From the NCBI GenBank assembly GCA_963770895.1, contig CAVYRF010000001.1, forward strand, positions 64,001 through 128,000: a stretch of DNA of 64,000 nt, in the 5' to 3' direction. Position numbers and translations under genes: made by a program. This DNA is from an uncultured Acidobacteriota bacterium. GTDB taxonomy: Bacteria > Acidobacteriota > Thermoanaerobaculia > Multivoradales > UBA5704. Below, piece after piece: positions 19,892 through 29,185 of this stretch (positions within the stretch are counted from its first letter, which is position 1; each line of letters begins with the position of its first letter). The notes under the pieces are model-generated. The model was not told the DNA's origin. It was given only the letters and a program-made list of their open reading frames with translations, and did not search any database.

Positions 19892-20971
19892 ATGAGCACC
19901 TACTTTAACGCCGCCGGCCTCTCGCTCCCCGTCGAGCCAATTCTTGGTCGAAAGGAATGGGCACCTACTACCGATCACTACGCGACCTATATAAACGGCG
20001 CTTCTATATTGATAACTGGAGCCGCTGGCTCGATCGGTAAGGCGCTAACACAGGATTGCATCCGCTTGGGTGGGAAGGTTGTCGCGCTCGATTCAGACGA
20101 AGAGCGATTGTTTAATCTTAAGCACGACACGATCGCCGGAAGGTGCACTATCGCTCCGGGCGACATAACTGATCGCGCTCAGATCGAAAAGATAGTGCAA
20201 CTTCATTCTCCTCAGATCGTATTTCACCTTGCCGCCCGCAAGCATGTTCCGTTTACGGAGAGTTCCGTGCGCTTCGCGACAGGCACTAATGTACTCGGCA
20301 CTCTCAACGTCCTGGATGCATGTCGAGATGCCCCATCAGTAACGCTTGTAGTGTTCACCTCCTCAGACAAGGCCATACACGCATCCAATGTCTTGGGGAT
20401 TACGAAGCGTATAGGCGAGCTTCTGTTTTTCGGCGCATCCGCCACCTCTAACAAGAGGAACATGCATGCTGTGGCGCGCTTGTGCAACGTGCTTGGCTCG
20501 TCCGGTACAGTAGTCGAGCACTTCGTGAGCAGCGCTCTTCGCGGGACACCTATGACGGTCTACTCTTCCAACTTGTCGCGCTACTTTATCTCTCTCACCG
20601 AAGCTGTCGCGCTTATTAAACTAACTGCATCCCTTTCGTCCCGATGCCTCCTAACCACTCTCCATGTTGGGTCGGCGATAATGATAGCGACGCTGGCTGA
20701 GAGGCTTGGAGAGACATTGCAGGCCCTCGGCTATCCTGCCAAATACGAGGTCATCGAGTCGCTGGATCACTCAGAATCCCGCCACGAGGCTCTTTGGTAT
20801 GACTCAGAGAAGGTAAGCATGGTGTCCGATGAACCCGGCTTGGCATGCATTCGGCCACCGGCACATCACATGATTGGTGACGGCGACTCCCTACGGGCAG
20901 AACTCGGCAAATGCGCAGATGACACTACTCTCCTTGCGATGCTAAGAGAGCTTGCGGCGGCAGCGAGCTAA
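19892..20971 (+). CDS. CapD/PglF-like NDP-sugar 4,6-dehydratase catalytic domain (Polysacc_synt_2 type)
   Basis: ILITGAAGSIG, FHLAARKHVP, TNVLGT, SSDKA, GITKRIGE, RLCNVLGSSGTV. Confidence 0.85.
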   Translation: MSTYFNAAGLSLPVEPILGRKEWAPTTDHYATYINGASILITGAAGSIGKALTQDCIRLGGKVVALDSDEERLFNLKHDTIAGRCTIAPGDITDRAQIEKIVQLHSPQIVFHLAARKHVPFTESSVRFATGTNVLGTLNVLDACRDAPSVTLVVFTSSDKAIHASNVLGITKRIGELLFFGASATSNKRNMHAVARLCNVLGSSGTVVEHFVSSALRGTPMTVYSSNLSRYFISLTEAVALIKLTASLSSRCLLTTLHVGSAIMIATLAERLGETLQALGYPAKYEVIESLDHSESRHEALWYDSEKVSMVSDEPGLACIRPPAHHMIGDGDSLRAELGKCADDTTLLAMLRELAAAAS

Positions 20972-20987
20972 GAACGGACGGCGGCTT

Positions 20988-21902
20988 ATGCAAGACTTCG
21001 TAGCCTTTCTGCGCCTCACTGCTATCGGCCTAATAATCCTCTTGGTGGCTGGAGTTCTCGTCTCGCGTTCAATTCTTGGGATTGTAACGAGCTACGGCGC
21101 TAGCGGGCCTGTATTATTTGCTCTTCTGGCCACTCTTGTTGGCCTCTTGGTAGAGCCGCTGCTGCGTCATCATCCTCTGAGCTCCGAGGTCAGAGCGATA
21201 TATGACCACGTCAAGGCGATAATGATTGCAGAAGTGGTTACAGCGCATGGGCCTGACGACTGTGAGCCCGCCATCAAGGACCTAGTGGCCACGCAAGAGC
21301 AGGCTCGCCCGCTTACGCCAGAGTTCTGGAATGTGGTAGCAAAAAGCGTCTACGACTATTTAATTTTCACGTTCCCAGGCACTGATACATATATGCGCAG
21401 AGTCAACCAGCAGATTAGGATCGCCTACTTCTACATACTGATTTGGTATGTTTACAGAGCGAGCATCTCTGCTAGTTTGCTCGCATTGGCCATTAAGTCC
21501 TTCGCCATTGCGAGCACAAACCCAATAGTTAGCTTTGTTGGTGCATTTATCGACCTTCGCTGGATAAACAGCGAAATCTTGCTTGGGCGCCAAAATATAC
21601 TTGAGCTATCGACTTCTCTCTGCATCGTCCTATTCTTGCTATACTTTCCTGCTCGATTTTTCCTGCGAGTCGGCCTAGAGACGATGTCTCTGGAGCTATA
21701 CAGTCGGCATATTGTTGTAATTCAGAACAGAGCCAAAATAGCCGAAATAACCCACCAATTGATGCGTGACGAGGTGGCTATGGCCGCCTTTGGGCGCCGC
21801 ACCTATTCTGTAAAAACTATTCTCGCGCGGAAGCCGTTGGTCTTAGGGTATTGGATTCTTTCTCCGGGACGAGATAGAATGAGAAAAGGAGTCGGCCAGT
21901 AG
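20988..21902 (+). CDS. Uncharacterised multi-pass membrane protein
   Basis: About 4-5 hydrophobic segments flanking a soluble loop; 16 nt after the dehydratase stop. Confidence 0.7.
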   Translation: MQDFVAFLRLTAIGLIILLVAGVLVSRSILGIVTSYGASGPVLFALLATLVGLLVEPLLRHHPLSSEVRAIYDHVKAIMIAEVVTAHGPDDCEPAIKDLVATQEQARPLTPEFWNVVAKSVYDYLIFTFPGTDTYMRRVNQQIRIAYFYILIWYVYRASISASLLALAIKSFAIASTNPIVSFVGAFIDLRWINSEILLGRQNILELSTSLCIVLFLLYFPARFFLRVGLETMSLELYSRHIVVIQNRAKIAEITHQLMRDEVAMAAFGRRTYSVKTILARKPLVLGYWILSPGRDRMRKGVGQ

Positions 21903-21959
21903 TTGCCATCCAGAGACGCGCACAGACCGTGGAAGACTGGCGAAACAGAGGAGAGCACA

Positions 21960-22523
21960 ATGAAACAGAAGAAAGACGCTGCCGAAACCATCTCAAGTGA
22001 AGTCCTCCTCAAGACGAAGCTCTTCGAGGTGCGCAAGGATCTCGCTCGGTTACCAGGAAGGGAAGCGGCGTCGGAGCTATTTGTAATTGGCTTTCGTGAG
22101 GCATGTTCTGTCGTCGCCCTAGACGACCAGAGGCGGATTGCTTTGTTGCGACAGTATCGTTACCCGATTAAGGATTATCTTTTGGAGCTGCCGGCCGGAA
22201 TCAGAGATGACGGCGAGTCGCGCGAGGAATGCGCTGTACGCGAATTAGAAGAAGAGGCTGGGCTGAAGGCTCGCGCCATTACGCCACTTTTGCTCGGTTA
22301 CTACCAGATGTGCAGTGTAGCCAGCCCTATGATGAACATTTTTCTTGCTGAGGACCTAGTGAAAACGAGGACCAAGCATGATGACCTGGAAATAATTAGT
22401 GAAGTTGAGTTCGTGGACTTGGAGGATGCACTGCGCAGTGTTAGGAAGGGAGAGATCAAGAGTGCATTCACAGTGATCGGTATCATACTTGCGGCGCAAG
22501 CGCTTCAAGAGAGGGGGCGATGA
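21960..22523 (+). CDS. NUDIX hydrolase (ADP-ribose/NDP-sugar pyrophosphatase-like)
   Basis: Full Nudix box GIRDDGESREECAVRELEEEAGL; LLRQYRYP. Confidence 0.92.
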   Translation: MKQKKDAAETISSEVLLKTKLFEVRKDLARLPGREAASELFVIGFREACSVVALDDQRRIALLRQYRYPIKDYLLELPAGIRDDGESREECAVRELEEEAGLKARAITPLLLGYYQMCSVASPMMNIFLAEDLVKTRTKHDDLEIISEVEFVDLEDALRSVRKGEIKSAFTVIGIILAAQALQERGR

Positions 22524-23374
22524 ACGCGAGCTGGAATCTGGCAGTTGTCAGCGATAAGGGTTCGACATCAAGCAATGACGACAGTTATTGTATCACTGCG
22601 CTTCCCGGGGGCATCAGGGTCGGTGTATTCGACGGAACTGGGACGGTTGCTAAGAAAGGGAAGCTGACTGGCGGGGATGCCGCTATTGCCGCCAGCGAGG
22701 TTGCTAGCGTTGCACCGCTCGATATGTCACCTTCTGCGATCCTGGGAATTGTTAACGCTCGTATTCGTGAAGTCAACCGGTCGGCAGGAAACGACCTTGC
22801 TGACCCAGTGACTCTGGCCGGTGCAGTGGGTGCGATCGTCACAGTTGATGCAGCCACAAGGGAGATCGAGTACGCACTGGTCGGTGACGTTACAGTTATC
22901 GTCGGTTATGCCCTCAATCAGTATAAGAGTGTTTCCGGAAGCGAGTTTAGGAAATTCTGTAGGCGCACTTACCTGGCAATGGCCGAAGCTAGGCGCAACG
23001 GAATACTCGAACCTGATGAGCAAATCGAATGGGCGCGATCTCAGTTAATAGATAATCGTCGAATGGCGAATGCGGCCGATGGCCATGGCCACGGTATTCT
23101 TAATGGAATGATCTCCGTTGCTCAATATGAGAAGGTAGGGCGGCTTCACCGGGCAGATGGTGAGTTCATGGCTATAGTGACTGACGGAATGCTGGCGCCT
23201 GCGCTGGCGATAGACTCACAGGAAGACTTGGAGGCGGACATTAATATAATTAGGGACCGCGGACTGCAAAGTCTTCTGGAATCGACGCGCGCGATCGAGA
23301 ACTCTGATCCATTGCTCTTCAGGCCAAGAACAAAGGTTCACGATGACGCGACAGGAGTCATTATTAGGTTCTAG
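22520..23374 (+). CDS. PP2C/PPM-like phosphatase
   Basis: NDDS, GVFDG, VGD, VTDG and HDDAT metal-binding motifs; ATGA overlap with the NUDIX gene. Confidence 0.8.
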   Translation: MNASWNLAVVSDKGSTSSNDDSYCITALPGGIRVGVFDGTGTVAKKGKLTGGDAAIAASEVASVAPLDMSPSAILGIVNARIREVNRSAGNDLADPVTLAGAVGAIVTVDAATREIEYALVGDVTVIVGYALNQYKSVSGSEFRKFCRRTYLAMAEARRNGILEPDEQIEWARSQLIDNRRMANAADGHGHGILNGMISVAQYEKVGRLHRADGEFMAIVTDGMLAPALAIDSQEDLEADINIIRDRGLQSLLESTRAIENSDPLLFRPRTKVHDDATGVIIRF

Positions 23375-24555
23375 ATCTGTGCCACCGGCAAACGTAGTGT
23401 GACCGTCTCCCCACTGAATGGTCGTGTCACCGCGCCATCCACCATAAGCCGCACGTAGATCTCGTGGTTCGGGAGGTTCGTGAGGTCTCTCGCCTCGAAC
23501 TCCGGGGCGAACTCCTGGGCCAAGATCCGGGCATCGGTCGGCCCCACCCGGAAGGAGATGAGGGTGCCGACGTTCCCAAGGATCGCATGCCGGATCTCCG
23601 GGTCGAGCTGGTCAAGATACTGGTTGGCGAGGATCAGGGAGACCCGGTATTTCCTCAGCTCCGAGAGCATGGCGGTCAGGTTCTTGGTGGCGAAGGTCTG
23701 GAACTCATCGAGGTAGAGGAAGAAGTCCGCCCGGCGCTCCTCCGGCAGCTCCGCCCGCGCCAGGCCATGGAGCGCGATCTGAGCTACGAGGAGGGAGCCC
23801 AAGAGCATCGCCGGCCCTTCGCCCAGCCTTCCCTTCGAGAGATTTACGAGGAGGATGCGCCGCTCGTCCATGATCCGCCGCAGATCGAGGCCCCGTGGGA
23901 CGGAAAGAACCCGGCGCATCACGGGATCGGTCAGGAATGCCCCGAGCTTGTTCTCCAATGGGGCGACGACAGTAGCCCGGAGGCTCTTCGAGTATTCCTC
24001 GTACTCCTCGCGCCAGAAGGAGCGCACGGCAGAGTTCGTGACCCGCTCAACAGCGCGTTCGCGGTAGCCAGAGTCGTGGAGGAGGCGGCCAATGTCGCCC
24101 ATGGTGGCCTCCGGCTGTTCGAGGAGGGCGAAGAGCGCATTGCGCAGGAGGTGTTCTACTCTCGGCCCCCAGGAGTCGAGCCAGGTCTTCTTGAAGACCT
24201 CCACAAGCCCGGCGACCGCGAGGGAGCGCTTCGCAGGAGGAACCGCGGCCAGGGGGTTGAAGCCAAAGCCGGAACCGGTCGCAGGATCGAAGAGGACGAC
24301 ATCCGATCGGCGCCGCTCGGGAATCCAAGCGTGAAGCCGCTCCACGAGATCGCCGTGCGGGTCCACGACCGCGCAGCCATCGCCCTTGCCGATGTCCTGC
24401 CGCAGGAGGGTCTGAAGGAGCGTGGACTTGCCGGCGCCGGTTTTGCCGATCACGTACATATGGGAGCGGCGGTCGGCGCGCCGGATGCCGAAGATACGGC
24501 GGTTACCGCGGAAGTTCGTGCGTGCGAAGAAGGAAAGATCGTGCGCGTCCGGCAT
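23371..24555 (-). CDS. Small VirD4/TraD-like ATPase (paralog of 43530..44687)
   Basis: HMYVIGKTGAGKS, DPHGDL, LYLDEFQ, LANQYLDQL. Confidence 0.9.
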   Translation of the reverse strand: MPDAHDLSFFARTNFRGNRRIFGIRRADRRSHMYVIGKTGAGKSTLLQTLLRQDIGKGDGCAVVDPHGDLVERLHAWIPERRRSDVVLFDPATGSGFGFNPLAAVPPAKRSLAVAGLVEVFKKTWLDSWGPRVEHLLRNALFALLEQPEATMGDIGRLLHDSGYRERAVERVTNSAVRSFWREEYEEYSKSLRATVVAPLENKLGAFLTDPVMRRVLSVPRGLDLRRIMDERRILLVNLSKGRLGEGPAMLLGSLLVAQIALHGLARAELPEERRADFFLYLDEFQTFATKNLTAMLSELRKYRVSLILANQYLDQLDPEIRHAILGNVGTLISFRVGPTDARILAQEFAPEFEARDLTNLPNHEIYVRLMVDGAVTRPFSGETVTLRLPVAQI

Positions 24556-24607
24556 TGCCTCATCTTCGCTCGTAGCGGCGCGCGGGAAAGGCCGCTCGCT
24601 ATGCCGC

Positions 24608-25126
24608 CTACGGATTCGCGAGATGGTCCGTGCTTGCGCTGGATCGCGCGACCTGTGCCGCCGCGAGGCCGACGGCATCGAACACGTTCATGCGCGGGTC
24701 CTCCGTCATCCAGACCTTGCGCTTCCACGGCAGCCGGTCGCCGAGGTCCGGGAAAATCTCGGCGAGACGCACCGCCACCTCGTACTTGCCCTTGCCCGGC
24801 GCGAAGGTATCGAGAACGGTGAGGCGCGAGACCCTCTCGACCGGCACGCCGCGCTTCAATGCAAGGCGTTCCAGGGAGCGAATCTCCCCTCGGGCGCGCT
24901 TGCGGCGTCGGGCGCCAGGGGCCGTGGTGTCCTCAAGGACAAGGACCGCCGGGTGGTGCTTGGAGAGGAGAACTTCCACCTTGCGCACGAGCGCGCCGGT
25001 CTTCGGGAGAGCGGTCCTCTGCCCGCGGTCCACGAGGTGGAGTGGCGCTTCAAGGACGGCGAAGGCAAAGCCCGTTCTCGTAGGGTCGATGGCGATATAG
25101 GTAATGGGCGCGGGGAGGTTCGACAT
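24608..25126 (-). CDS. RuvC-like (RNase H fold) nuclease/resolvase
   Basis: IAIDPTRTGFAFAVLE, VLVLED, NVFDAVGLA. Confidence 0.65.
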   Translation of the reverse strand: MSNLPAPITYIAIDPTRTGFAFAVLEAPLHLVDRGQRTALPKTGALVRKVEVLLSKHHPAVLVLEDTTAPGARRRKRARGEIRSLERLALKRGVPVERVSRLTVLDTFAPGKGKYEVAVRLAEIFPDLGDRLPWKRKVWMTEDPRMNVFDAVGLAAAQVARSSASTDHLANP

Positions 25127-25127
25127 C

Positions 25128-25451
25128 TCAGGCGGCGCGATGGGAGGCGGAGCCGACCGATGCTCCCCGGTGTTTCTCTTTCAGCACTTCGAGCTTCCGC
25201 CGCCGCGCTTCAACCTCCCTCTGGATCGCCTCGTATCTACCGCGGAAGAGCTTCGCGACCGGCTCCCCGAGCGCGGCCTCGTAAGCAAGGCCGGATTCCA
25301 AGGAAGGGATGCGAAGTCCCGACTCGTAGCGCGACACCTTGGCCGGGGTCGAGGCGCCCAGGAGATACGCGAGCTCCTTCTGCGAGAGGTGCGCGTGGCG
25401 TCGGTAGCTTTTGAGGTAGTAGTGGAGTGGGCGTCCGTCGAAATGCATCAT
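25128..25451 (-). CDS. XRE-family HTH protein (paralog of 42639..42959)
   Basis: YRRHAHLSQKELAYLLG...VSRYESGLRIP. Confidence 0.85.
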   Translation of the reverse strand: MMHFDGRPLHYYLKSYRRHAHLSQKELAYLLGASTPAKVSRYESGLRIPSLESGLAYEAALGEPVAKLFRGRYEAIQREVEARRRKLEVLKEKHRGASVGSASHRAA

Positions 25452-25608
25452 GGCGACATGAAGAATAAGCGGCGAGCGAGGTCGTTTGTAGAGGGAGAAA
25501 TGTTCCGCGGGCGGAACGTTCTCAGAGCGCAGACTGAAAGGAGAAGATTGGAGGGGGCTATCCTGCCTGCGGCGAAGCGACGGCAGAGACAAAAACAATT
25601 ACTTTCAT

Positions 25609-25637
25609 ATTATACTACAATATTGTTATCTCGTCAA
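25609..25637 (-). promoter_or_regulatory. Sigma70-type promoter of the HTH-RuvC-ATPase operon
   Basis: TTGACG-17 nt-TATAAT on the minus strand; positionally conserved with 42450-42478. Confidence 0.75.
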
Positions 25638-25749
25638 TTGCAAGGTGAGCGAGGGCAGCCCCCGTCCGGGGACTTGAGGACATCGGGGACATTCTGCGGG
25701 AATGAGAAATGTGACGGGTTGTGTCCGGCGGACCTTTGCGCCATATAGC

Positions 25750-27081
25750 TCAGAACTCCGCCGCGGGGCGCTTCATGTCCCCCATGTCCCCGGTCGGCAC
25801 GCCGTATTTCAGAAAGAGCCTGGCGAGAATCGCCTTGTCGGAGTCCGGGATCACGAAGATGCCGCCGTGGCGCTTCTCGGGGTGAAGGCCGAGCTTGCGG
25901 CGCAGGAGCCAGCCGATCCACTTCGGAGAGACCTTGCGGTCGTAATCGTTCTCGTGGCGATCGGCAAAGAGCGCGGTTATCTCCTTCACTGAGAGCGGGG
26001 TCTCGGCGGCGGCCAGGTCGCGGATGACTTCGAGGAGCTGCGCCTCGGTCTCCATGCCGCGGTCAGCGACGAGCTGACGCTCGTAGCCGCGGGCCAGGTC
26101 CCGGAGACGCCCCCTCGCCTCCTCGTCCTCGATCGTCGCCATGAGGGGCGCGAGGATCTGCGCCAGGCGCGGCTCGAGGCCGCGATCGGCGGCGAGCGCG
26201 AGGTCGCGCGGTCTTGTGAGGTTGCGGCAGCGGAAGAGAAGGAGCTGGTTTCGGAGCTGCCTGGCCTCGTCCCTGAGCGCCGCCGGCAGGTTCAAGGGGA
26301 TGTCGTCGCGCAGGGGCCGGCCGCCCATCTCTTCGGTCAGGCACCGGGATTCGAGCGCCTTGTCCTCGAAGAAGCCACGGGTGGCGACGAGCTTGGGGCC
26401 GAAGACCGCGTAGGCCCGCGGATCGAACTCCCGGCGGTTCGTGGATTCGCTTCGCAAGACCGGGAAGCCCCTGGCGTTCCCGTTGTTCAAGATCTTCACC
26501 ACCTCGGCCTTCTCGTCTGAGAGCCGGAAGTCGGCCTCGTCGACGATCAAAGTCCCCCGGAAGGCGTCGAGGATGCGGAAGATGGGCGAGACGGTCGAGG
26601 TCCCGGAGGCGAAGATGGGCTTGTAGCAGAGGGAGCCGACCGCAAGGAGGAAGCGGCTTTTGCCGCTTCCGTAGTCTCCCCGGACCCGGAGGTAGGGCAA
26701 CTCCTCGAAGGCATCGTAGAGCCAGGTGAAGAGCACGTAGGAGGCGGCGAGTTCCTCGAAGGCCGGCGAGAGATCCACGTAGCGGTGGATGAAAGAACGG
26801 ACCGCGGAGAGCAGCTCGCCATCCGTCCCGTACTCCTCGGGCGCCGAGGGGAAGAGCACCACGTCATGTACGAGGAGGTTGTTCCTGGGGTTCATGGGCA
26901 CCAGGCGGCCGGCGGCCACCTCGACCCACGGCTCCATGGTCCAGCTCCCGGACTCGTAGCGGACGAAGGCGGTCTCGCCGGCAGCCGGGTCGTAGACCAT
27001 CTCGACCACGACGTCGCCGGGGAGAACCGCGCCGGCAGACGGGATGCCGCGCTCTCTCTTCTGCTCTTCCTTCCCGCTCAT
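25750..27081 (-). CDS. Primase-associated P-loop ATPase / helicase-like replication protein
   Basis: LRVRGDYGSGKSR, TLIVDEAD; ATGA overlap with the primase gene. Confidence 0.7.
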   Translation of the reverse strand: MSGKEEQKRERGIPSAGAVLPGDVVVEMVYDPAAGETAFVRYESGSWTMEPWVEVAAGRLVPMNPRNNLLVHDVVLFPSAPEEYGTDGELLSAVRSFIHRYVDLSPAFEELAASYVLFTWLYDAFEELPYLRVRGDYGSGKSRFLLAVGSLCYKPIFASGTSTVSPIFRILDAFRGTLIVDEADFRLSDEKAEVVKILNNGNARGFPVLRSESTNRREFDPRAYAVFGPKLVATRGFFEDKALESRCLTEEMGGRPLRDDIPLNLPAALRDEARQLRNQLLLFRCRNLTRPRDLALAADRGLEPRLAQILAPLMATIEDEEARGRLRDLARGYERQLVADRGMETEAQLLEVIRDLAAAETPLSVKEITALFADRHENDYDRKVSPKWIGWLLRRKLGLHPEKRHGGIFVIPDSDKAILARLFLKYGVPTGDMGDMKRPAAEF

Positions 27082-28037
27082 GGGCGGGGCCATTTCTCCA
27101 ATCGGTCGAGCGCGGCCAAGAAGCCCAGGCCCTCCTTGGCCCGGAGGAATGCGATCTGGTCGCCGTGAGCGCCGCAGGCGAAGCAGTGGTAGGTGTCGGT
27201 AAAGGGGAAGACAGCGAGCGAGGGGCGGCGGTCATCGTGGAAGGGACAGCGGCCCATGAGGACGCGGCCGGCGGCCTGGAGCTTCACGTAGGCGCCCACG
27301 ACCTCGGCGATCGGGACGCGCTTCTTCGCGCCTTGCACTCGCTTGTACCCGGAGGGCGAGAGTGCCGGATAGGGCGAGGGTGGCATGCTCTTCAGGGTCC
27401 GCTCCTCGGAGAGCGGCTCGGCCTGGCGCAGGAGCGCCTCGAAGTCCGCGGCGGTGCGCTTCAGCCGGACGAAGTAGTCGGTGAGGTCGCCTTTGTCGCC
27501 CACCTCCTCAGGCAACGTCACGATCCGGGCATGCTGGACAAGGTGCGCGACCCGCAGGGCGCCCTGCTTCCCGGCATCGTCCCGGTCGAAGCAGACGTAA
27601 ACCTCGGGGATACCAAAGAAGAAACGCGCCCACTCCTCGGGGAAGGCCCCAGCGCCGCCGGTCGAAGTCACCGCATGGAAGCCCTTCGTTTCAAGGACCA
27701 GGCGGTCGAACTCGCCCTCGCAGATAACGATGCGCTCCGGTTGATGCTGGAAGAACTCCTCACCGTAGAGGGCGACCCGGCTGCCGGGGGTGGACATCAT
27801 CTTTGGGCTCATGCGGTCCTCGGGATCGCGGGCCAGGCGGAAGGAGACGAGCGCGCCTTCGCGGTTCCTTACAGGGATCGTGGTGCGGAAGCCGTTCCAG
27901 CCGAGGAGGAAGCGGTGAATCACGTCATCGGAGAGTCCGCGGGTTTCCATGAGGTATGTGCGGATGCGGGCCGGGAGCCGGCGGTGGAAGCCCAAGGCGG
28001 TCGAATGATGATCGAAGACGGCACGGTCGAAAGCCAT
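27078..28037 (-). CDS. DNA primase (Toprim domain plus C-terminal CHC2 zinc finger)
   Basis: ICEGEFD, CFDRDDAG; CPFHDDRRPS...YHCFACG. Confidence 0.88.
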   Translation of the reverse strand: MAFDRAVFDHHSTALGFHRRLPARIRTYLMETRGLSDDVIHRFLLGWNGFRTTIPVRNREGALVSFRLARDPEDRMSPKMMSTPGSRVALYGEEFFQHQPERIVICEGEFDRLVLETKGFHAVTSTGGAGAFPEEWARFFFGIPEVYVCFDRDDAGKQGALRVAHLVQHARIVTLPEEVGDKGDLTDYFVRLKRTAADFEALLRQAEPLSEERTLKSMPPSPYPALSPSGYKRVQGAKKRVPIAEVVGAYVKLQAAGRVLMGRCPFHDDRRPSLAVFPFTDTYHCFACGAHGDQIAFLRAKEGLGFLAALDRLEKWPRP

Positions 28038-28116
28038 GCTCCAAGGGTAGCGACCAGGAGCAAACGGCAAAGAGGGTTTTTCTTTCCGCAGGCGGAGCGT
28101 TGCCGCATTGCCGGAC

Positions 28117-28794
28117 TCATGCCGCTTGCCGCAACTTTGCCGGATCGGAGACGCGCCGCCGCGCGATCTCGGCATAGGCCGGATCGATCTCGATACCAAG
28201 GAAGCGGCGGCCTAAATCCTTCGCCGCCTTGCAGGTGGTGCCGGAGCCGGCGAAGGGATCGAGCACGAGCTCGCCCGGCGCGCTGCTCTTCTGGATCAAG
28301 TAGCGGAGCATGTCCTCCGGCTTCTCGGTGGGGTGGTCCCGCCGGCGACCGGCGCGCTTGAAGAAGAGGACGTTCGCGTCCCGGTGTCCATTGAGACGCC
28401 GCCGACCTTTGTGCCCGAAGAGCAGATATTCGGTCCGGTTCGCGTAGTCGCCCTTCAGGTCGCCGGCCGTGTGCTGGTCCTTCACCCACACGAGGAGGCG
28501 CTTCACCTTGAACCCGGCGGCGGCCATCTCCGAGCGGAAGGTTGCCAGCCCGTACTCGTTACAGAAGACGTAGGCGTGGGTATCGGGCCGCAGTGCCCGG
28601 TACGCCTCGCGGATAAAGGGCCGAAACCAGGAGAGGTCGTCGTCGCCCACGATGGGGCGGCTGCCGGCGCGGGGCCGGTAGCGCATGCCGTAGGGCGGGT
28701 CAGTGAGAAGCAGGTCGACGGACTCGGCAGGAAGCCCGGCGAGAACCTCGCGGCAGTCGCCCAGGATGATCTTGTTTATGAGGCGGCGAGCCAT
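28117..28794 (-). CDS. N4-C/N6-A DNA methyltransferase (beta class), orphan
   Basis: LTDPPY, HPTEKP, VLDPFAGSGTT. Confidence 0.92.
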   Translation of the reverse strand: MARRLINKIILGDCREVLAGLPAESVDLLLTDPPYGMRYRPRAGSRPIVGDDDLSWFRPFIREAYRALRPDTHAYVFCNEYGLATFRSEMAAAGFKVKRLLVWVKDQHTAGDLKGDYANRTEYLLFGHKGRRRLNGHRDANVLFFKRAGRRRDHPTEKPEDMLRYLIQKSSAPGELVLDPFAGSGTTCKAAKDLGRRFLGIEIDPAYAEIARRRVSDPAKLRQAA

Positions 28795-28999
28795 GACTCC
28801 GATTCTCGGCTCCCAGAGAGCATGCGCAAAGAGAGCGCGGCGTTCCGCAGACGGAGTATCGCTTGCCTTTTTCTATCCTGGAGGTAGCCTGTCTCAAACG
28901 TCAAAAATCTCCATCCATCACAATGAATAATCATCTGTTCCGCGCACGGAAAGGATTCCCCGCTCCCTCGGCTCGATCGCGCGGCATACGCTCTCGCGT

Positions 29000-29185
29000 A
29001 TGCGATTTAAGGACAATGACCTGCGGGAGTTCGTGGCGATCTGGAAACGAGTCTTCAACGAGGAGATCTCGCTCGCCGATGCACGCCACCGCGCCTCGCA
29101 GCTCGTCACCCTCTACCTCGCGCTCGCCAAGCGCCTGCCCGAGGAAATAGACAATCCGCCAGCTCATCCACCCACCTCGTCATGA
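29000..29185 (+). CDS. Small hypothetical protein coupled to LSR2
   Basis: LREFVAIWKRVFNEEISLADA...QLVTLY; ATGA overlap with the recombinase. Confidence 0.65.
   Translation: MRFKDNDLREFVAIWKRVFNEEISLADARHRASQLVTLYLALAKRLPEEIDNPPAHPPTSS

Noticed and set aside
19892-20971. Start of a capsule/O-antigen cluster
   Set aside because: No glycosyltransferase, aminotransferase, flippase or polymerase is nearby.
28117-28794. Complete restriction-modification system
   Set aside because: No adjacent endonuclease; the position before the primase fits an orphan protective methylase.
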